Below are positions 48,706 through 57,186 of a stretch of 64,000 bases of DNA, in pieces. Each line of letters starts with the position of its first letter. Position 1 is the first letter of the stretch. Source of the stretch: Candidatus Kryptoniota bacterium (lineage in GTDB: Bacteria; Bacteroidota; Ignavibacteria; Kryptoniales; JAKASW01). Location: assembly GCA_036567965.1 (NCBI GenBank), contig DATCTN010000007.1:49009-113008 (forward strand), written 5' to 3'. The notes under the pieces were generated by a model that was not told the DNA's origin, searched no databases, and was given only the letters and a program-made list of their open reading frames with translations. Position numbers and translations under genes: made by a program.

Positions 48706-49575
48706 ATGCGGCTGCGCGGTTACATCTTTATTTTTCTGGCGGCATTCTTCTGGGGGACTTCAGGGACCGTCGCCAAATTCCTGTTTGAACATGACGTACC
48801 GACATTGCTTGTGGTAGAATCGAGAGTAATTATCTCTGCGGTTGTTCTATTCCTGACGCTGCTCGTCACGGATCCGGCTTCGCTCACGATACGTCTTCGA
48901 GATATTTGGGATTTCATATTGCTTGGCGTCATCGGCGTGGCGGGAGCGAACTACACTTATTATATGGCCATAAACGAGACGAGCGTCGGAATTGCAATTC
49001 TTATGCAGTACACAGCCCCAGTGATCGTCGCGGGATATATGCTCGTCTCTAAGAAAGAAAAGATAAGCCACTCAAAGACCGTCGCAATTGTCGTGTCTCT
49101 CATAGGATGCGTAATCATGCTCGGTGCACTCAATCCTGACGTGCACATAACCACAGCGGGAGCCGTATTAGGCGCGCTCTCAGCTTTTTCATTTGCATTC
49201 TTTAATATCTACAATCGGGTTGCATCCAAACGTTACTCAGTTTGGGCGGCGATTTGCTACACATTGATGAGTGCGTCTGCATTCTGGCTTGTTGTCAACA
49301 TGATAATTCGCCCGGGCTTCGTGATATCAGGCGCAAGAGAAGTGACAACCCTTGCTTTGTTTTCAGGCGCGTCAGTGCTCATCCCGTATTTTTTCTACTT
49401 TACCGGTCTCAAGTATCTTGTCCCGTCTACCGCAGTGATCGTCTCGACCCTTGAACCGGTGGTCGCGATCCTCACGGCTTTCATTTTGCTGGGGGAGAAA
49501 CTCCACCCTATGCAAATCGGCGGTGGCCTGCTGATAATATCTTCCGTGTTGCTGCTGGAAATAAGGCACGAATGA
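48706..49575 (+). CDS. EamA/DMT-family transporter
   Basis: 289 aa with 10 TM segments in two halves. N-terminal FWGTSGTVAKFL. Confidence 0.8.
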   Translation: MRLRGYIFIFLAAFFWGTSGTVAKFLFEHDVPTLLVVESRVIISAVVLFLTLLVTDPASLTIRLRDIWDFILLGVIGVAGANYTYYMAINETSVGIAILMQYTAPVIVAGYMLVSKKEKISHSKTVAIVVSLIGCVIMLGALNPDVHITTAGAVLGALSAFSFAFFNIYNRVASKRYSVWAAICYTLMSASAFWLVVNMIIRPGFVISGAREVTTLALFSGASVLIPYFFYFTGLKYLVPSTAVIVSTLEPVVAILTAFILLGEKLHPMQIGGGLLIISSVLLLEIRHE

Positions 49576-50153
49576 AGTCACAACGACGTATTGAGAGATT
49601 ATCTCAGACGATCAGGTATTCTCAGACGGATCTCACACTCGTCCTCGAGAACATACATGATCCGCATAATGTAAGTGCGATTCTCAGGACTTGCGATGCA
49701 GTCGGCGTAAGAAGTATTAATCTACTATACAATCTTGAGCCCTTTCCGAAAATCGGGAAGAAGAGCTCCGCTAGCGCCAACAAGTGGGTAGAGAAGAGAC
49801 TCTTCAGATCTCCTGATGACTGTTTCAATGTTTTGAAGCAAGAAGGGTTCGTGATTGCAGCCAGCGTCGTGGATGAAAGCTCTGTGTCTCTGTTCGAAAT
49901 GGATCTGCGGAATAAAACTGCGTTGATATTTGGCAACGAGCATCGGGGGGTGACCGATAAATCGGCGGCTATGGCTGATGTCAGATTTAGAATACCCATG
50001 TTCGGAATGGTACGGAGCTTAAACGTTTCAGTCGCTTGTGCTATTACTCTTTACGAAGCATTGCGCCAACGATTGGCAGAACCCGACAAATTTCCCCCGA
50101 AGATAAACGCCGACAAATTCCACGAAAAGCTTCAGGAATGGATGAAGAAATAA
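49572..50153 (+). CDS. trmH: SpoU/TrmH-family RNA 2'-O-methyltransferase (tRNA Gm18-type)
   Basis: LVLENIHDPHNVSAILRTCDAVG, IFGNEHRGV and SLNVSVACAI. Confidence 0.82.
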   Translation: MKSQRRIERLSQTIRYSQTDLTLVLENIHDPHNVSAILRTCDAVGVRSINLLYNLEPFPKIGKKSSASANKWVEKRLFRSPDDCFNVLKQEGFVIAASVVDESSVSLFEMDLRNKTALIFGNEHRGVTDKSAAMADVRFRIPMFGMVRSLNVSVACAITLYEALRQRLAEPDKFPPKINADKFHEKLQEWMKK

Positions 50154-50209
50154 AGATAAGTTGACTTTGTCTGGGGCAAAGAGTAAAATCTTTTGAGTCG
50201 GAAGAGGTC

Positions 50210-51265
50210 ATGGCCGAAATAGTAACCGTCAAGAACATTCTCCACGAGCACACCGTCGAAGGTGAACTGTATAAGAAACTTGACAACGACTGGGTGCTGT
50301 GTTACAGCTGCGGGCACAGGTGCAAGATTAAACCGGGAAGAGAAGGAATCTGCCGGGTCCGGTTCAATAGCAACGGTAAACTTATGGTTCCCTCCGGTTA
50401 TGCGGCCGGTGTCCAGCTGGACCCGATCGAGAAAAAACCTTTCTTCCACGCCTTCCCGGGATCGAATGCGCTTAGTTTTGGAATGCTGGGTTGTGATTAT
50501 CATTGCTCATATTGCCAGAATTGGCTCACGAGTCAAACGCTAAGAGATCCGTCCGCTATTCAACATCCGGAGGTAATCGAAGCGGAACGAATCGTTGAAC
50601 TCGCACTCATATACAAATCACCGGTCATTGTCTCAACTTACAATGAGCCGCTCATCACCAGTGAGTGGGCAGTTGAAATAATGAAACTTGCTAAGGCTTA
50701 TGGAATCAGGGGAGCGTATGTGTCAAATGGAAACGCGACTCCTGAAGTTATTGAATACATCAAGCCGTATGTTAACCTTTACAAGGTCGACTTGAAAGGG
50801 TTCGACGATCGGAGATACAGACAGCTTGGCGGAAGGCTGCAGGTTGTCCTCGATGCGATTCGCCTTCTCAAAGAAAAGAATTTCTGGGTCGAGGTAGTAA
50901 CTCTTGTGGTTCCAGGATTCAACGACAGTGAAACAGAGTTGCGAAGCATTGCATCTTTCATTGCATCAGTCTCAGTCGACATTCCGTGGCATGTCACTGC
51001 GTTCCACCAGGATTATAAGATGCTCGACCGGAACAGCACGAGCGTGAGATCGCTGGTGAGGGCAGCGGAAATCGGGAAAGAAGCGGGACTTCATTTCGTC
51101 TACGCGGGCAATCTTCATGGAATGGTAGACGATCTTGAAAACACATACTGTCCGAAGTGTGGAAGTCTCGCGATCGAACGAGAAGGTTATAGGGTACTTA
51201 AGAATCTTTTGAAGAAAGGAGCGTGTCCACAATGCTCCACGATGATTCCGGGCATATGGGATTGA
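50210..51265 (+). CDS. AmmeMemoRadiSam system radical SAM enzyme
   Basis: GCDYHCSYCQNW (CxxxCxxC), an N-terminal extra Cys cluster CYSCGHRC...C, and C-terminal CPKC...CPQC. PFL-activase-like length. Followed by AMMECR1 and Memo genes. Confidence 0.85.
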   Translation: MAEIVTVKNILHEHTVEGELYKKLDNDWVLCYSCGHRCKIKPGREGICRVRFNSNGKLMVPSGYAAGVQLDPIEKKPFFHAFPGSNALSFGMLGCDYHCSYCQNWLTSQTLRDPSAIQHPEVIEAERIVELALIYKSPVIVSTYNEPLITSEWAVEIMKLAKAYGIRGAYVSNGNATPEVIEYIKPYVNLYKVDLKGFDDRRYRQLGGRLQVVLDAIRLLKEKNFWVEVVTLVVPGFNDSETELRSIASFIASVSVDIPWHVTAFHQDYKMLDRNSTSVRSLVRAAEIGKEAGLHFVYAGNLHGMVDDLENTYCPKCGSLAIEREGYRVLKNLLKKGACPQCSTMIPGIWD

Positions 51266-51855
51266 GCTCAGGGCTTTCGGCGGAAGCCAAGGTTGAGCTT
51301 TTGAAAATCGCGAGAAGAGGGCTGGAAGCGGTCGTGAAAAGGGAGAAATTGAAGCTTGATACTCCGGTTCTCCCCGAGCTTCAAAGGGAGTCGGGGGCGT
51401 TTGTCACTTTGAGAGAGAAGGGTGAGCTACGCGGATGTATCGGGTATATCGAGCCCAGGCTCCCGATGTACAAGGCGGTGGCCGAGACGGCCAGCAAGGC
51501 CGCAACAAGTGACCCAAGATTTGAACCGGTGACTGAACCGGAGCTTGAAAAAATCGATCTGGAGGTTTCAATCCTCTCTGCGCTCAACAAAGTGACAAAT
51601 GTCGAAGAAATTGTTGTCGGGCGACATGGCCTGGTGATTGAGCGCGGGTACTACAGAGGCCTTCTTCTTCCGCAGGTCGCGGGCGAGAATAATTGGGACC
51701 GCAACGAGTTTCTCCGGTATACTTGTTTCAAGGCCGGTCTGGACGACGACAGCTGGCGGGATCCCGATACAAAAATATACAGCTTCACTGCAGAAGTGTT
51801 TGGTGAAAGTGAGTTCGGAAGGATTTCCGAGGAGAATATTGCAGAAAGAGCATGA
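51256..51855 (+). CDS. AmmeMemoRadiSam system protein A (AMMECR1 domain)
   Basis: GAFVTLREKGELRGCIGY (AMMECR1 RGCIG motif) and GLLLPQV. Start trimmed to MGLSSGL, a 10-nt overlap with the radical SAM gene. Confidence 0.85.
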   Translation: MGLSSGLSAEAKVELLKIARRGLEAVVKREKLKLDTPVLPELQRESGAFVTLREKGELRGCIGYIEPRLPMYKAVAETASKAATSDPRFEPVTEPELEKIDLEVSILSALNKVTNVEEIVVGRHGLVIERGYYRGLLLPQVAGENNWDRNEFLRYTCFKAGLDDDSWRDPDTKIYSFTAEVFGESEFGRISEENIAERA

Positions 51856-51859
51856 CTAC

Positions 51860-52681
51860 GTGCGTCCCCCGGCAGTAGCCGGGATGTTCTATCCGCTGGA
51901 GAAGGTGGAGCTCGAGAAGACAGTGCTCGACTTCCTCAAGAAGGCAGGGAAGGATATCGGATCGGCGGCGCCCACGAACCCGTTCGGAATAATATCGCCT
52001 CACGCCGGTTACCCCTACAGTGGATTCACTGCGGCTCATGGCTATTCGGTTCTGCGCGAAACAAACTTTGATACCGTCGTTTTGATTTCACCAAGTCACC
52101 GGGAGTACTTCGACGGCATTTCTGTTTTTTCCGGTAAAGCTTATTCTACTCCGCTGGGAACAATAGAAGTTGATACGGCTCTCCGCGAAACTTTTCTGCT
52201 AAGCGCCGGAGATATTGCGATCGAATCGCGCGCCGGCCACAAGTCGGAACACGCCCTTGAGGTCCAGCTACCATTTCTGCAACTCACTTTGAAGAGATTC
52301 GCCATACTTCCCCTTGTTATGGGAGACCAGCGACCCGAATACTGCGCAGCACTCGGCGGCGTTCTTGCAAAGATTGCGAACACGACCAAAATACTAGTCG
52401 TGGCAAGTTCCGACCTGTCGCACTATTACGACTACGATACGGCAAATGAAATTGACAAGATCTGCATCAACGATCTGACGGAGATGGACCCCGACAGATT
52501 TACGCGGGATCTCGAAGCACATAAGTGCGAGGCGTGTGGTGGAGGACCGATAGCCGCGCTTCTTTACGCTGCGCGGGACCTGAACCGCCGAAAGATAACG
52601 ATTCTCCATCACTGTAATTCCGGGGATACGACAGGTGATAAGTCCGGAGTTGTCGGATACTTGTCAGCCGTCGTCTCGTGA
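51860..52681 (+). CDS. AmmeMemoRadiSam system protein B (Memo-like)
   Basis: In-frame GTG start giving (M)RPPAVAGMFYP, then ISPHAGYPYSG, SSDLSHYY and CEACGGGP. 4-nt gap after protein A. Confidence 0.85.
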   Translation: MRPPAVAGMFYPLEKVELEKTVLDFLKKAGKDIGSAAPTNPFGIISPHAGYPYSGFTAAHGYSVLRETNFDTVVLISPSHREYFDGISVFSGKAYSTPLGTIEVDTALRETFLLSAGDIAIESRAGHKSEHALEVQLPFLQLTLKRFAILPLVMGDQRPEYCAALGGVLAKIANTTKILVVASSDLSHYYDYDTANEIDKICINDLTEMDPDRFTRDLEAHKCEACGGGPIAALLYAARDLNRRKITILHHCNSGDTTGDKSGVVGYLSAVVS

Positions 52682-53568
52682 CCACCGACGTGGTTTCATT
52701 TTCGATTATCGGACCTGGCCGGGTGGGCTCAAGCCTTGCGTCTGCTCTGATAAACAGGCGATGGGTTTGTAAGGACATAGTATACGACGAGAGAGCTTTG
52801 CGAATGAAAGCTCAAGTGGTTCGGTCTCTGCCAGGGGCGAAGCTCGTGAAAAGCACCGGTTTGCTCAGAGATAATTTTGAAATACTATTTGTCACAGTGA
52901 ATGATGACGCGATAGCCGGAGTTGCGGCTCAACTCATGAGGAATTCCAGCGTTAACTGGAGGGGAAAAACCGTCTTCCATATGAGCGGCATCGTGGGAGT
53001 GAACGTGTTGGAACCCCTTGCGAAGAGAGGAGCCGCAGTCGGTGCGCTCCACCCGCTCGCTGCGTTCCCAAGACCTCTGCATCCTGAAGGGGCGATGAAT
53101 ATCCGGTTCGACTTTCTTGGTTCGCGGAAAGCCCTGACCGGCGCGAGAAAAGTGTCGACGGTCTTGAACTCGAAGCTGATTGTGCTGAAATCTGAGTTTG
53201 AAAAAGTGAATCTCCACCTAGCAAGTGTGATCGCAACCAATTTCGTGACAATCGCGGCGCAGGCCGCAGCAGGACTTGCTAATAGCTCGATAGGGAAGCG
53301 AGAGACAAAGCTGATAATCGATGGCTTGCTTGCCAGCGCTGTTTCCAACATATCCTCGCTCGATGGTCTTTCGGCCTTGAGCGGGCCGCTGATTCGCGGC
53401 GACGTGGAAGTAATATCCAAACATTTGAGCGCGCTCAAGGATAGCGAAACTCTGCTTGCTTTTTACAAAGCGGCATCGCGCCTCGGCGTCGAATCGCTTC
53501 TGAGGGAGAAGAAATTGAAAACGCTCGCTCCGAAATATCGGAGAATCAGAGACATTCTCTCGAAATAG
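52678..53568 (+). CDS. Rossmann-fold + DUF2520-like oxidoreductase
   Basis: FSIIGPGRVGSSLASAL (dinucleotide-binding loop), FHMSG and GALHPLAAF. GTGA overlap with the Memo-like gene. Confidence 0.7.
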   Translation: MTTDVVSFSIIGPGRVGSSLASALINRRWVCKDIVYDERALRMKAQVVRSLPGAKLVKSTGLLRDNFEILFVTVNDDAIAGVAAQLMRNSSVNWRGKTVFHMSGIVGVNVLEPLAKRGAAVGALHPLAAFPRPLHPEGAMNIRFDFLGSRKALTGARKVSTVLNSKLIVLKSEFEKVNLHLASVIATNFVTIAAQAAAGLANSSIGKRETKLIIDGLLASAVSNISSLDGLSALSGPLIRGDVEVISKHLSALKDSETLLAFYKAASRLGVESLLREKKLKTLAPKYRRIRDILSK

Positions 53569-53604
53569 CCGAAACGTTTCTGGTATTTATGAAGGAGGTA
53601 ATGT

Positions 53605-54387
53605 ATGGACTATCAGACTATTAAGATTGTGAAAGAGAAACATGCCGCAATAATCACAATTAACCGGCCCGAAAAGTTGAACGCGTTGAACGCCAATGTA
53701 CTGAAAGAGATCGGTTCAGCCCTGAGCAACATAGAGTCTGAAAAGTCAGTCGCCGGAGTGATCATTACCGGCGCGGGAGAAAAAGCTTTTGCTGCGGGCG
53801 CGGACATAAGCGAGCTGAGCAAACTCAGTGTTATAAACGCTAAGGACTATTCGGAACGCGGACAGACTCTCCTCAACACGATTGAGAAGTTTCGCAAGCC
53901 TGTCATTGCAGCTGTCAACGGTTACGCGCTGGGCGGCGGCAGCGAGCTGGCATGGGCGTGCCATATCAGAATCGCCTCGACCAACGCGCGATTCGGACAA
54001 CCGGAAGTGAACCTCGGAATGATACCGGGATTCGGCGGCACTCAACGACTCGTAAGACTTGCCGGTCGCGGGATCGCTACCGAACTCATCGTATCGGGTA
54101 ACCAGATCGATGCCGAGACGGCTTTCAAGCATGGTTTGGTGAACAAGGTCGTCGAACTGGCATACTTGATCCCGACGGCGCTTCAACTTGTCCATGATAT
54201 TTCAGAACGTGGTCCGGTAGCCGTGAAATTGGCCCTGCAGGCGATCGACGCTGCCGTTCAACTTCCGCAGGACGAGGGAATGAAACTTGAGAGTCAACTC
54301 TTCGCGCTTACGTGCGGGACCGCCGATCAAAAGGAAGGAACAGCGGCTTTCCTGGAAAAACGCAAGCCAAACTGGACCGGCTCCTGA
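53605..54387 (+). CDS. Enoyl-CoA hydratase (crotonase family)
   Basis: ITGAGEKAFAAGADI and AAVNGYALGGGSELA. 260 aa. AGGAGG SD. Confidence 0.9.
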   Translation: MDYQTIKIVKEKHAAIITINRPEKLNALNANVLKEIGSALSNIESEKSVAGVIITGAGEKAFAAGADISELSKLSVINAKDYSERGQTLLNTIEKFRKPVIAAVNGYALGGGSELAWACHIRIASTNARFGQPEVNLGMIPGFGGTQRLVRLAGRGIATELIVSGNQIDAETAFKHGLVNKVVELAYLIPTALQLVHDISERGPVAVKLALQAIDAAVQLPQDEGMKLESQLFALTCGTADQKEGTAAFLEKRKPNWTGS

Positions 54388-54448
54388 GCAGAATGCCGAT
54401 CGAATTCTCCTTTCATAAACTCCCATCATTTTGTAAATTGAGAGAAGT

Positions 54449-55561
54449 ATGATGGATCCCGAAAGAAGATATAGAGTCCTCGTCGCGATGAGTGGTGGTG
54501 TCGATTCGTCACTGGCAGCTGCCTTGATGATGGAACAGGGATTTGATGTTATCGGCGCGACCATCAAGACCTACGAATACGAGGATGTGGGTGGCAATTC
54601 CGCCCAGGACTCAACCTGCTGCTCGATCGACGGCATAAACATGGCTCGAAGCGTGGCCAGCAGGTTTGGATTTCCTCATTATGTTTTCGACTTCAGCGAA
54701 CGTTTCAGAAATGATGTCATAGATCAATTTGTATCGGAGTATCTTGCCGGACGCACACCCAATCCGTGCGTCATCTGCAACAGGAAAATAAAATGGGAGT
54801 ACCTTCTCGAAAAGGCCGATAGTCTGGGAGTGGATTATATCGCGACCGGACATTACGCCCATGTGAAGCGGGACGATCGGTCGGGAAGATATGTCCTTTC
54901 AAGAGGCAAGGACTCTTCAAAAGACCAGTCTTACGCGCTTTACGGCCTGACACAGGAAAGTCTCTCACGAACTCTCTTCCCGCTCACAGACCTGACAAAA
55001 CAGGAAGTCCGCGAAATGGCACGCCGTTACCGACTGGCCAGTGCGGACAAGCCGGAGAGTTATGAAATTTGTTTCATACCTGATAACAACTATTCGAGGT
55101 TTCTCCGTGACATAGTTCCTGGATTGAAATCGAGACTTGCCGACGGTGAGATACGATTCAACGGAACTAAGGTCGGGATTCATCAGGGATACGCATTCTA
55201 TACGATCGGTCAGCGAAGAGGGCTCGGCATCAGTCATGAATCCCCGCTCTACGTCAAGGGGATCGATCCGTCTACAAATGTTGTAGAGGTTGATGTCGAA
55301 GAGAATCTCTATGCCAAGAGGCTCATCGCGGAACAGGTAAATCTCGTAAAATACTCCGAGGTGCCTGAAGGAATACCCCTTCGCGGAAAGATCCGATACA
55401 AGGACGCGGGCGCTGAATGCGTTGTGCGAAATCTCGATAACAGGAAAATTGAAGTCGAGTTCCTCAGCCCGCGAAGGGCAATAACGCCCGGCCAGAGTGT
55501 GGTCTTATACGAGGGCGACGATGTCGTGGCAGGTGGAATTATTTCAAATATTTTGGGTTGA
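54449..55561 (+). CDS. mnmA: tRNA 2-thiouridine(34) synthase
   Basis: VLVAMSGGVDSS (PP-loop), TPNPCVICNRKIKW and DQSY. Confidence 0.93.
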   Translation: MMDPERRYRVLVAMSGGVDSSLAAALMMEQGFDVIGATIKTYEYEDVGGNSAQDSTCCSIDGINMARSVASRFGFPHYVFDFSERFRNDVIDQFVSEYLAGRTPNPCVICNRKIKWEYLLEKADSLGVDYIATGHYAHVKRDDRSGRYVLSRGKDSSKDQSYALYGLTQESLSRTLFPLTDLTKQEVREMARRYRLASADKPESYEICFIPDNNYSRFLRDIVPGLKSRLADGEIRFNGTKVGIHQGYAFYTIGQRRGLGISHESPLYVKGIDPSTNVVEVDVEENLYAKRLIAEQVNLVKYSEVPEGIPLRGKIRYKDAGAECVVRNLDNRKIEVEFLSPRRAITPGQSVVLYEGDDVVAGGIISNILG

Positions 55562-55562
55562 T

Positions 55563-55970
55563 ATGGCGACTTACTCGGTATTGATTGCTGACGACGATGA
55601 ATCACAGAGAAACGTGCAGAAACTGGTTCTGAGCGAGGTGGCAAAGAGTCTGAATGCAGAATTGAAAATCGATGAGGCGATCGACAGCGTTGAAACGAGA
55701 AAATTCCTTTCGGCGAAGGTATTCGATCTGATTATTCTCGATAATGAATTCAAAGATGATTTGAAGCAGGGGCATCTTCCGGGTATCGCACTACTTCAAC
55801 TTATGCGCAAGGGCGGACCGAACATGGCGGCCCCTACGGTTTTCTGCAGCGGCGACCCATACAACACTCTTCGTCCCATGGTGGAAAAATTCGGAGCGGT
55901 GTACTATCCCAAGGCTAAAGCAGATGCCGAGGAGATGACCAAGATGTTTTCTAAGATGCTTCAGGATTGA
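55563..55970 (+). CDS. Stand-alone response regulator receiver domain
   Basis: VLIADDDESQ (acidic pocket), DLIILDNEF (phospho-acceptor Asp), VFCSG and YYPKAK. Start trimmed to MATYSV, 1 nt after the mnmA stop. Confidence 0.75.
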   Translation: MATYSVLIADDDESQRNVQKLVLSEVAKSLNAELKIDEAIDSVETRKFLSAKVFDLIILDNEFKDDLKQGHLPGIALLQLMRKGGPNMAAPTVFCSGDPYNTLRPMVEKFGAVYYPKAKADAEEMTKMFSKMLQD

Positions 55971-56662
55971 CTTGTCTTTCGCAGCTCAAGAACGATGTGC
56001 TGCGCCTTGTCGACAAGCTTTATGAGGGGATAATTTACTAGCCTCCAAATCCAAAGAGGGAGATTTTCAAAAAGAACGGCAGCTCGAAGGAGCGTCATCA
56101 CTTTGCTTCCGAAAATGTAAGCCTTGACGTTGCATCCAGGAAAGAGGCTCACAAGACCTCCCTTGTCGAAGCTGGTCAAATGAGCGTTCAAGGGGGTCGG
56201 CTGGTTGCAATGGATGCACAGCGTGTAACGAATCTTCTCTCTGTATGGAGTCGAGACCACGGCTTTTCCGTCGGGTTTCATGACTCGCAAGATCTCGCGT
56301 GCCGCAGCATCGGGAGAGTTCAAGTGTTCCATGATTTCGGAAGCGACAATCAGATTCATGGACTCGTCTTTGAACGGAAGATGAACAGCATCTGCGAGAA
56401 CCGGGGAGGATGTATCGGTCTTAAGACTTTGAAGATTCCTCAGCGATAGGTCTACGTAGTATAAATTCTCATGAGGAACAACTGAGATCCATCCGCTTCC
56501 GCTCCCGATGTCGAGCGTTCTCCCGGCTCCTCCCGCAAGGCGGACGATGAATTTCCGGAAAAGTTTTTCATATGCCCGGTCCGTGCGGTCCTCGTTCGTG
56601 AAATAATCGAAGTGTTCGGCATCAAGACTGTAGTGCCTGATGTAATTCTCGCAGCGACTCAT
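55961..56662 (-). CDS. Class I SAM-dependent methyltransferase
   Basis: TLDIGSGSGW (motif I) and a Methyltransf_11-like ADAVHLPFKDESMNLIVASEIMEHL. ATGA overlap with the macro gene. Confidence 0.8.
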   Translation of the reverse strand: MSRCENYIRHYSLDAEHFDYFTNEDRTDRAYEKLFRKFIVRLAGGAGRTLDIGSGSGWISVVPHENLYYVDLSLRNLQSLKTDTSSPVLADAVHLPFKDESMNLIVASEIMEHLNSPDAAAREILRVMKPDGKAVVSTPYREKIRYTLCIHCNQPTPLNAHLTSFDKGGLVSLFPGCNVKAYIFGSKVMTLLRAAVLFENLPLWIWRLVNYPLIKLVDKAQHIVLELRKTSQS

Positions 56663-57186
56663 GATTTGATATTCTTCAGTTCGTTTTCAAACGCCTGATA
56701 AGCTGCCGCGTCATAGAGTATAAATGTGACCCGCCGCAGAGAATGCGGTCGCGAGAAGACGCCGACGACTTCCTTCATCATCACCCGAGCCGCCTCGCCG
56801 AGAGGGAATCCACCGACTCCCGTTCCCAGCGCCGGTAATGCTATCGAACTGAGCTTCCTGGATTCCGCAAGTGTGAGTGCCGAACGCGTGGCCTCAGCGA
56901 TCTTGCCTCCATCTGTTTGCAGGTCTTGGTCCATTACGGCGGCGTGAATCACAAATCTTGCCTTTAACGTTCCGCCGGAGGTGATTACAGCAGAACCGAC
57001 AGGCATGGGACCCTGCGACATCGCCTCTTGTTCGATGGCGGTTCCACCCTTTCGCTTTATTGCCCCGGCTACTCCGCTCCCCATCCAGAAGTGATTGTTC
57101 GCCGCGTTTACGACAGCATCACCGCCATACTCGGCAATATCACCTTTTGCAAGCTCCAGGATACTTCCTTTAAAGTCCTTTTTCAT
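56659..57186 (-). CDS. Macro domain protein (ADP-ribose / O-acetyl-ADP-ribose binding or hydrolysing)
   Basis: GDIAEYGGDAVVNAANNHFWMGSGVAGAIKRKGG and ALPALGTGVGGFP. Confidence 0.85.
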   Translation of the reverse strand: MKKDFKGSILELAKGDIAEYGGDAVVNAANNHFWMGSGVAGAIKRKGGTAIEQEAMSQGPMPVGSAVITSGGTLKARFVIHAAVMDQDLQTDGGKIAEATRSALTLAESRKLSSIALPALGTGVGGFPLGEAARVMMKEVVGVFSRPHSLRRVTFILYDAAAYQAFENELKNIKS

